A DNA stretch of 64,000 bases, taken from the NCBI GenBank assembly GCA_022841525.1, contig JALHRI010000001.1, forward strand, positions 65,195 through 129,194, in the 5' to 3' direction. The DNA comes from Alphaproteobacteria bacterium. GTDB taxonomy: Bacteria > Pseudomonadota > Alphaproteobacteria > Rickettsiales > UBA3002. Under the pieces are notes generated by a model. The model was not told where the DNA came from. It did not search any database and was given only the letters and a program-made list of their open reading frames with translations. This document shows positions 57,242 through 64,000 of the stretch, one piece after another; the stretch's first letter is position 1, and every line of letters starts with the position of its first letter. A program made the translations under genes and the position numbers.

Positions 57242-58516
57242 ATGCCATCGACTCATACGCGGTTTTTTTCCAGCTTAACTACCAAGCTACAATTCTCACT
57301 ACTCTTCCTCTCACTGGTGGGCATTGCCTTTGGGGTGCGTTCGTACATGCACGTCGTACAGGATTTCGGTGAAGATGCGGCGTACATCTTCAAGCTCGAT
57401 TTATACAAACAAATCGGCATCGCGGTGCTGGTGAACGGCTTTGTTGGCTATTACATTCATAATGTTACCACCAAGCGTATCACCTATCTGGGTGAGCGCA
57501 TGCGCGATTTAACCGAAGACCGTTTAGATATTGAAGTGCCCTATCTGCACGCCAAAGATCAGCTGGGCAGCATGGCGCGCAAGGTGCAAATCTTCAAAGA
57601 AAACGCGATTAACTTAAAACGGCTGCAGTCTGAGCAGGCCTCCTTGCGCGAGAAGGCAGAGGCGGAGCGTAAATCGCTGCTTTCCGGCATGGCCGATACG
57701 ATGGATGATTCGGTGAACGCGATTGCAGGTAAACTCAATGATTCTGCGAATTCGCTCGATAATTCGAGCCGCAACGTTGCCAGCGCGTCGCAAACGGTGG
57801 CGCAGAAAATGCAGGATTTATACAGCATCGCCACGCAAACCTCGAGCAATGTGGGTAGTGTCGCGTCTGCAGCGCAAGAGCTTTCGGCGTCGATTGAAGA
57901 AATCAGCCGTCAGGTCTCGCGTTCCTCGACCATCACGCGTGAGGCGGTGACCAAAGCCGGAAAAGCCAATCACACCATTCAGGGGCTTGCCGAAGGCGCC
58001 CAGAAAATTGGCGATGTGATTGAGCTGGTGCGCAATATCGCTGCGCAAATCAATCTGCTTGCGCTCAATGCCACGATTGAGGCCGCGCGCGCCGGTGAGG
58101 CGGGTAAGGGCTTCTCGGTGGTTGCATCGGAGGTGAAAAACCTGGCGACGCAAACCGCGAAAGCAACCGAGCAAATCGCGAGCATCATTTCGGGCATCCA
58201 AAGCGAAACCGATACGACGATCGCCTCGATTCAGGAAATCAGCCAGTCGGTGACGGAGATTAACGACATCTCGACCATGATTGCCGCCGCGATTGAAGAG
58301 CAGGATGCTTCCACGCGCGGCATTGCGGATAATATCCGTGAAGCAGCATCGCTCACCTCGCAGTTGGCGGGCAATGTGGAAGTGGTCACCAAATCCAGCC
58401 AGCAAGCGGGTGATGAGGCCAATAATATGTATAGCGTCTGCCAGCTCGTGCGCGAGCAGTCGGAAGCGTTGGGTACGACCGTACATGATATGGTGAAGTC
58501 ACTGCGCATCGCATAG
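57242..58516 (+). CDS. Methyl-accepting chemotaxis protein with a minimal periplasmic loop
   Basis: Two TM helices about 25 aa apart, HAMP region, conserved signalling hairpin [32 protein letters not shown]. Confidence 0.9.
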   Translation: MPSTHTRFFSSLTTKLQFSLLFLSLVGIAFGVRSYMHVVQDFGEDAAYIFKLDLYKQIGIAVLVNGFVGYYIHNVTTKRITYLGERMRDLTEDRLDIEVPYLHAKDQLGSMARKVQIFKENAINLKRLQSEQASLREKAEAERKSLLSGMADTMDDSVNAIAGKLNDSANSLDNSSRNVASASQTVAQKMQDLYSIATQTSSNVGSVASAAQELSASIEEISRQVSRSSTITREAVTKAGKANHTIQGLAEGAQKIGDVIELVRNIAAQINLLALNATIEAARAGEAGKGFSVVASEVKNLATQTAKATEQIASIISGIQSETDTTIASIQEISQSVTEINDISTMIAAAIEEQDASTRGIADNIREAASLTSQLAGNVEVVTKSSQQAGDEANNMYSVCQLVREQSEALGTTVHDMVKSLRIA

Positions 58517-58650
58517 TTAGCCATTTCAGTGTGTTGCGTGTAGTTTTTCATGCGCCGCAGCATGGGCGCTTGCCTTTTAGTCTGTAAGCCTTTAGCCGTG
58601 GTAGCTTCTATTCTTACCAGATGTTCATCTTCCATCCCCTGCGAGGCGAC

Positions 58651-60093
58651 ATGCTAGCCAGATTACTTCAGAAAAAATCCGTCAGTCAGATTCAGTCCGA
58701 AGCGAAAGAACACAGCCTCAAGCGCACGCTGGGCAAATGGAATCTGGTGAGCCTGGGCATTGGCTGCATTATCGGTGCGGGTATTTTTGTGATGACGGGA
58801 ACGGCCGCCGCCAATCATGCTGGCCCTGCGATTATTTTCTCCTTCGTGATTGCTGGCCTGGCCTGCGCGTTTGCTGGGCTTTGTTATGCGGAATTAGCCT
58901 CGGTACTGCCGGTATCTGGTAGTGCGTACACCTACGCGTATGTGACGCTGGGTGAGGTGTTTGCCTGGGTCATGGGCTGGCTGCTGGTGCTTGAATATGG
59001 GCTGGCGGCATCCACCGTGGCGGTGGGCTGGTCGGGTTATATGGTGAGTTTCCTTGGCAGTCTGGGGATAGTCATCCCTCCCGAATATGCTGCGGCCACC
59101 GGCCAAATCATTACGCTGGCAAATGGCACGACCGTGGAAGCCATCCTCAATGTTCCCGCGGTGCTGGGCATTTTGGCGGTCACTGCACTGCTGAGCTTTG
59201 GCGTCAAAGAATCTGCTAACGTCAACAATATCATTGTGGCGGTGAAATTGACGGTGATTGTTGCCTTTATTCTGATCGGCGTCTTCTACGTCAATCCTGA
59301 TAATTGGGTGCCGTTTATTCCTGAGAATCAGGGGCCGGGCGTGTATGGCGTGGATGGTATTTTGCGTGCAGCCTCCATTATCTTTTTTGCGTATGTCGGC
59401 TTTGAAGCGGTTTCCACCGCTGCGGCGGAAGCGAAAGATCCGCAGAAAGATATGCCGTTTGGCATTATCGGCTCGCTGATTATCTGCACCATGCTGTACA
59501 TGGCCATGGCCGCAGTGCTGACCGGTGTGGTGCATTACACCGATCTTAATGTGCCTGATCCACTGGCGGTCGCGGTAGATTTAATTGGCCTGAGCTGGTT
59601 TTCCTTCATCATTAAAATCGGTGCGATTTTGGGCTTAAGCTCGGTCATGCTGGTGCTGATTTACGGCCAGACGCGTGTGTTTTACACCATGGCGAAGGAT
59701 GGCCTGTTGCCGCAAGTGCTGGCCAAAGTGCACCCTAAATTTCACACGCCGTACATCAATACCGCGCTGGTTGGCCTAGCGGTGGCGGTAGCGGCTGGGA
59801 CCATGCCGATTCAAGAGCTTGGCGATCTGGTGTCGCTGGGAACGCTTGCGGCCTTTGCGATTGTGTGCCTAAGCGTACTGAAACTGCATTACACGGATAA
59901 GAATCTCGTCCGTCCGTTCAGCACGCCCTACAAGCCCTTTATTCCAGTGATTGGTGTGGTGCTGTGCGGCTATCTGATTGCGCAAATGCCGATGGATACG
60001 TTCATCAAACTCAAATGGTTCTTCCTGCTGGGTGCCGTCATTTATCTTGCCTACGGCTACCGTCATAGCAAAATGGGTGCGGCTAGGCGCTAA
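58651..60093 (+). CDS. APC-superfamily amino-acid permease (cationic amino-acid transporter-like)
   Basis: About 12 predicted TM segments. N-terminal GIGCIIGAGIFVMTG signature. Confidence 0.88.
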   Translation: MLARLLQKKSVSQIQSEAKEHSLKRTLGKWNLVSLGIGCIIGAGIFVMTGTAAANHAGPAIIFSFVIAGLACAFAGLCYAELASVLPVSGSAYTYAYVTLGEVFAWVMGWLLVLEYGLAASTVAVGWSGYMVSFLGSLGIVIPPEYAAATGQIITLANGTTVEAILNVPAVLGILAVTALLSFGVKESANVNNIIVAVKLTVIVAFILIGVFYVNPDNWVPFIPENQGPGVYGVDGILRAASIIFFAYVGFEAVSTAAAEAKDPQKDMPFGIIGSLIICTMLYMAMAAVLTGVVHYTDLNVPDPLAVAVDLIGLSWFSFIIKIGAILGLSSVMLVLIYGQTRVFYTMAKDGLLPQVLAKVHPKFHTPYINTALVGLAVAVAAGTMPIQELGDLVSLGTLAAFAIVCLSVLKLHYTDKNLVRPFSTPYKPFIPVIGVVLCGYLIAQMPMDTFIKLKWFFLLGAVIYLAYGYRHSKMGAARR

Positions 60094-60130
60094 CACAACA
60101 GAATCCTTGAGTTAAATCGCATCTTGTGCC

Positions 60131-60778
60131 ATGGTTGCCTCCTATTTACAGGAGGCTGTTATCGCCATTTTTGTCCATGCGGGCGATTTACCCGCCGAGC
60201 TTGTTCTAAAAGGAGATCTCGCGGTTGATACCGAAGCCATGGGTCTGAACAATCACCGTGATCGCTTATGCGTGGTACAAATTTCCGATGGCGGCGGCGA
60301 TGCGCATCTGGTGCAATTTGCCAAAGGCGAGTACAAAGCGCCAAATTTGCTGAAATTACTGGGCGATGAATCGCGGGTGAAAATTTTTCATTTCGCGCGC
60401 TTTGATCTGGCGATTATCGAGCATTATTTAGGCCTGCGCCTGAAGAACATTTTCTGCACCAAGCTAGCGGCAAAACTCTGCCGCACCTTCACCGAGCGCA
60501 ACGGCTACAAAGATTTATGCAAAGAACTTATCGGTGTTGAAATCTCCAAGCAGCAGCAAAGCTCTGACTGGGGCGCTGCGGTGCTTTCGGAAGATCAGAA
60601 AAATTACGCCGCTGCGGATGTGCTGCATCTGCACCGCTTGCGCGATGCGCTGGAAGTGTTGCTGAAGCGCGAAGACCGTCGCGAATTAGCGCAGCACTGC
60701 TTTGATTTTCTGCCCATCCGCGCTAAGCTGGATCTGGAAGGCTGGCCGGAAATTGATGTGTTTGCCCACGGATCGTAA
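60131..60778 (+). CDS. rnd: Ribonuclease D (short 3'-5' exonuclease form)
   Basis: DEDD exonuclease motifs (AVDTEAMGL, FHFARFDL, YAAADVLHL); 215 aa. Confidence 0.8.
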   Translation: MVASYLQEAVIAIFVHAGDLPAELVLKGDLAVDTEAMGLNNHRDRLCVVQISDGGGDAHLVQFAKGEYKAPNLLKLLGDESRVKIFHFARFDLAIIEHYLGLRLKNIFCTKLAAKLCRTFTERNGYKDLCKELIGVEISKQQQSSDWGAAVLSEDQKNYAAADVLHLHRLRDALEVLLKREDRRELAQHCFDFLPIRAKLDLEGWPEIDVFAHGS

Positions 60779-60781
60779 ACG

Positions 60782-61765
60782 ATGACGCCAAAGCCGTCTC
60801 AATCTGCCGTTCATCCACTCCGCGCGCGTGAGAGTGCGCTGCGCGTCATTGCGCGTGAGATTGAAGGGTTGGAAGCCCTTCGCAGCATGATGGATGCGAG
60901 GTTTGATGCGCTGGTTGCACAAATTTTGGCGCTGAAAGGCCGGGTGATTATTTCAGGCATTGGCAAAAGCGGGCACATTGCGCGCAAAATTGCGGCCACA
61001 CTGGCATCCACCGGCACGCCGTCGTATTTTGTGCATCCATCGGAAGCCAGCCACGGCGATTTAGGGATGATCACGCCGGACGATCTGGTGATCTGCCTTT
61101 CTAACTCCGGCGAAACGGCGGAACTGCGCGATATTACCTCCTATACGCGCCGCTTCTCCATTCCGTTGATTGCCCTGGTGCGCCGCGCCGGATCGGTGCT
61201 GGCTGAGGCTGCAGATGCGGCCTTTGTGCTGCCGGAAATCCCCGAAGCATCCCCCACCGGTGCGCCGACTACATCGACCACCATGATGCTCGCTTTTGGC
61301 GATGCGCTAAGCATTGCGCTGCTTGAGCAAAAAGGCTTTACGCCGGAAGATTTTGGCACGTTTCATCCCGGCGGCAAGCTGGGTAAGGCCTTCGTGAAAA
61401 TCGCGGATCTCATGCACACGGGCGACGAATTGCCGCTGATTCACCGCGCGAAACCGATGCAAGAAGCGCTGCTGATGATGACGGCGAAACGCTTCGGCTG
61501 TGTGGGCGTCATCGATGATGCGCGGGCGCTGATTGGCATTGTGACGGATGGTGATTTGCGCCGCCACATGCATGCTGATTTGCTGGCTAAATCGGTAGGT
61601 GAGGTAATGAGCGCATCGCCTAAAACCGTGCGCGGCGAGCAGCTGGCCGCCGAAGCTCTGGCGCTGATGCAGGAACGCGCCATCACCTGCTTATTCGTGA
61701 CCGAAGGCAGCACACCGGTGGGTATTGTGCATATTCACGATCTGCTGCGCGCCGGCATTGTGTAA
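60782..61765 (+). CDS. kpsF: KpsF/GutQ-family arabinose-5-phosphate isomerase
   Basis: SIS domain (GIGKSGHIARKIAATLASTGTP) plus tandem CBS domains. Upstream of lptC-lptA-lptB. Confidence 0.9.
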   Translation: MTPKPSQSAVHPLRARESALRVIAREIEGLEALRSMMDARFDALVAQILALKGRVIISGIGKSGHIARKIAATLASTGTPSYFVHPSEASHGDLGMITPDDLVICLSNSGETAELRDITSYTRRFSIPLIALVRRAGSVLAEAADAAFVLPEIPEASPTGAPTTSTTMMLAFGDALSIALLEQKGFTPEDFGTFHPGGKLGKAFVKIADLMHTGDELPLIHRAKPMQEALLMMTAKRFGCVGVIDDARALIGIVTDGDLRRHMHADLLAKSVGEVMSASPKTVRGEQLAAEALALMQERAITCLFVTEGSTPVGIVHIHDLLRAGIV

Positions 61766-61770
61766 GCGTT

Positions 61771-62478
61771 ATGCAGCACCGAGAATCTATGACTGAGCCA
61801 CCACCCAGCAACGAAACAGATCGCCAGTCGCTGGCGATGTTTGTACCGGGCGTGCGTAGCGAGGATGATCAGGCATCGCTTGTGGGCATGCTGGCGCGCT
61901 ACACGCGCTTTGTGATTTTTAGTAAATGGTTTCTGGGCGTGTTTGCGCTGACGCTACTTGGGGCGCTGATTATTTGGCCGCTCCTGCAGGCAGAAGAAGG
62001 CACGCGCATCTCGCTGACTTCGGATACGAATACGAGTAGTAGCAATTTTCCTACCATGTACAATCCACGCTATCAGGGCACTGATGGGCAGAGCCGCCAG
62101 TATGTTGTCACCGCACAAAAGGCGGTGCAGCAAAGCAAGGAAGTCGTGCAGCTGGCACTTGTCAGTGGCGAGATGTTTTTTGCAAACGGTTCTTGGGCAA
62201 GTCTGAAAGCCAGTGAAGGCATATTCGATGAGCGTACACAGCTTCTGGAGCTGCGCGGCGCGGTGACGGTTTCGCATACTGAGGGCTACACCATCATCAC
62301 CGATCAGGCATTTTTTAAGGTGAAAGAAGGCAGCGGTTGGGGAGAGCAGGCGGTTTCCGCCTCAGGCCCTGCAGGTAAGCTACTTGCCACCGGCTTTGAA
62401 ATCATGGATAACGGAAATATCCTGCGCTTTGGTAAACAAGGCCGTGTGCAGGTGACGATTGACAGGAAACCCTCATGA
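61771..62478 (+). CDS. lptC: LPS export system protein LptC
   Basis: Single TM anchor plus a beta-jellyroll-like body. Conserved position between kpsF and lptA. Confidence 0.65.
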   Translation: MQHRESMTEPPPSNETDRQSLAMFVPGVRSEDDQASLVGMLARYTRFVIFSKWFLGVFALTLLGALIIWPLLQAEEGTRISLTSDTNTSSSNFPTMYNPRYQGTDGQSRQYVVTAQKAVQQSKEVVQLALVSGEMFFANGSWASLKASEGIFDERTQLLELRGAVTVSHTEGYTIITDQAFFKVKEGSGWGEQAVSASGPAGKLLATGFEIMDNGNILRFGKQGRVQVTIDRKPS

Positions 62479-63056
62479 TCTCGCGCGTGATCGTTTTTTT
62501 CATAGCTGCATGCTCGATAAGCGCGACCTCGTTTGCGCAGGCCGCGGGCATGAAGCTTGATAGCACCCAGCCGATTGAAATTGTATCCGACACGCTGGAT
62601 GTATTTCAGGAACAGAGTCAGGCGGTGTTTTCCGGTAACGTGATCGCGACGCAGGGCAACATCAATATGCGCGCCGCGAAAATGGTGGTGTTTTACCGCG
62701 ATACGGGGGCGTCATCACCTGCTGAAACGGGCAGTGAACCTGCGGCAGAGGGCTCTACCGCGATGGCGGGCGAGGGTATTTACCGCATCGAAGCCGAAGG
62801 TGATGTGTTTTTCGCCTCACCACTGGAGACTGCGCAGGGTCAAACCGCCATCTATGATGTCGATGCCAGCACCGTGAATCTGATAGGTAACGTGCTGCTT
62901 ACCCGCGAAGGCAATGTGCTTAAGGGCACGCAGCTTGTCTATAATCTCAACACCGGTCGCTCGACATTGCAGGGCGGTGCATCCGCCTCTGGGGCAAGCG
63001 GGGGCAGAGTACGCGGCTTATTTGTACCCAAATCGAACAAAGCGGGTGGGCAGTGA
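62475..63056 (+). CDS. lptA: LPS transport periplasmic protein LptA
   Basis: Signal peptide and OstA-like N-terminal domain (IEIVSDTLDV..AVFSGNVIATQG). ATGA overlap with lptC. Confidence 0.8.
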   Translation: MISRVIVFFIAACSISATSFAQAAGMKLDSTQPIEIVSDTLDVFQEQSQAVFSGNVIATQGNINMRAAKMVVFYRDTGASSPAETGSEPAAEGSTAMAGEGIYRIEAEGDVFFASPLETAQGQTAIYDVDASTVNLIGNVLLTREGNVLKGTQLVYNLNTGRSTLQGGASASGASGGRVRGLFVPKSNKAGGQ

Positions 63057-63943
63057 AGTCTTCCACGCAGAAGTCAGACTCCTTGTTTTCACTGTTTTCA
63101 GGCAAAACAGAAATGATGGCGACGCGCAATGCTGGTGGCGGCAGTCGGCCGATTGATCGCATGGCAGGTGCCATGAACCCGCAACAGGATGAGGGCGCTG
63201 GCCCGCGTCTGGTGAACAAAGATTCCGGCTTAGTGGTGCGTAATTTAGGTAAGCAATATGCCAAGCGGCCTGTGGTGCGTAACGTCAGCCTGCGGGTGAA
63301 CCGTGGTGAAGCGGTGGGGCTGCTGGGGCCAAACGGTGCCGGGAAAACGACGTGTTTTTATATGATCACCGGGCTCGTCAACCCTGACTACGGCGATATT
63401 ATTCTGGATGGCGAGGTGATCACGCCGCTGCCTATGTACCGCCGTGCGCGGCTGGGAATTGGCTATTTGCCGCAAGAAGCATCGATCTTTCGCGGCTTAA
63501 GCGTGGAGCAAAACATCATGGCCGTGCTGGAGGTGATTGAGAGCAATCCCGACCGGCAGATTAGCATGTGTGATGCGCTACTGGCCGAATTTTCGATCTC
63601 GCACCTGCGCCATTCGCCAGCGATTGCGCTTTCAGGCGGCGAGCGCAGGCGCTGTGAGATTGCCCGCGCACTGGCGGCAAAACCGGCCTTCATGCTGCTG
63701 GATGAGCCGCTGGCGGGCATTGATCCGATTGCGATTAACGATGTGCGCGAACTGGTGCGCCATTTGAAGGATCGTGGTATTGGTGTGCTGATTACCGATC
63801 ATAATGTGCGCGAAACGCTCGACATTATCGACCGTGCCTATATCATTCATGGAGGTAGCGTGCTGATGGAAGGCTCGCCGTCGGACATCGTGAATAACCG
63901 CGAAGTAAGGCGCGTCTATCTGGGTGAGAAATTCAGTTTGTAA
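63053..63943 (+). CDS. lptB: LPS export ABC transporter ATP-binding protein LptB
   Basis: Walker A GPNGAGKTT, signature LSGGERRR, Walker B MLLDEP. GTGA overlap with the lptA stop. The N-terminal ~45 aa extension may not all be translated. Confidence 0.9.
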   Translation: MKSSTQKSDSLFSLFSGKTEMMATRNAGGGSRPIDRMAGAMNPQQDEGAGPRLVNKDSGLVVRNLGKQYAKRPVVRNVSLRVNRGEAVGLLGPNGAGKTTCFYMITGLVNPDYGDIILDGEVITPLPMYRRARLGIGYLPQEASIFRGLSVEQNIMAVLEVIESNPDRQISMCDALLAEFSISHLRHSPAIALSGGERRRCEIARALAAKPAFMLLDEPLAGIDPIAINDVRELVRHLKDRGIGVLITDHNVRETLDIIDRAYIIHGGSVLMEGSPSDIVNNREVRRVYLGEKFSL

Positions 63944-63952
63944 GGAGGGCCA

Positions 63953-64000
63953 GTGGTTGGCCTGAAGCAGGAATTTAGGCAGTCGCAACAGCTGGTGATG
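63953..64000 (+). CDS. rpoN: RNA polymerase sigma-54 factor RpoN, first 16 codons (continues beyond window)
   Basis: GTG start. VVGLKQEFRQSQQLVM matches the Gln-rich region I start (..L.QSQ.L.M). Canonical position after lptB. Confidence 0.6.
   Translation, partial: MVGLKQEFRQSQQLVM

Overview
Most of this window looks like an ordinary core chromosomal segment of a flagellated, alphaproteobacterium-like genome. GC is moderately high by eye; nothing was computed. No phage, IS, transposase, CRISPR or recognisable defence module was seen. I found no clearly undescribed multi-gene system.

Gene content:
- 1-8.2 kb: the conserved nusA-ylxR-infB-rbfA-truB-rpsO-pnp block.
- 8.3-30 kb: a Lys/Ala-rich histone-H1-like gene; aromatic amino-acid genes (class II DAHP synthase, pheA, a short homogentisate dioxygenase-like gene, aroC); rpsD; an orphan sigma-54 response regulator; htpG; pdxJ-acpS; greA; an ELM1-family gene; rlmH; acpP-fabF; glmU; rmuC.
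- 30.8-37 kb: flagellar cluster 1, with flgH-flgA-flgG-flgF divergent from fliL-fliM-(membrane protein)-motE-like.
- 37-43 kb: TAXI solute receptor, MarR regulator, histidine kinase, glmS, ispB.
- 43-55 kb: flagellar cluster 2, fliF-fliG-fliH-fliN | flbD-flhA-flhF-flhG-(802-aa FliK-like).
- 55-64 kb: MarR regulator, M17 peptidase, tRNA-Arg(ACG), an MCP, an amino-acid permease, rnd, kpsF-lptC-lptA-lptB, and the start of rpoN.

Observations worth a second look:
1. A superfamily of GTCAY...RTGAC-capped palindromic elements has at least 14 intergenic copies, all in the first 31 kb. One copy is nested inside another. Copies sit inside the nusA-infB-truB block and bracket three orphan ORFs.
2. Two G/C-rich palindromic or microsatellite segments are inserted in frame inside chorismate synthase (aroC).
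3. Near-consensus sigma-54 -24/-12 promoters lie in front of flgF, fliM and flbD.
4. The FlbD-like activator has Glu at the predicted phospho-acceptor position.
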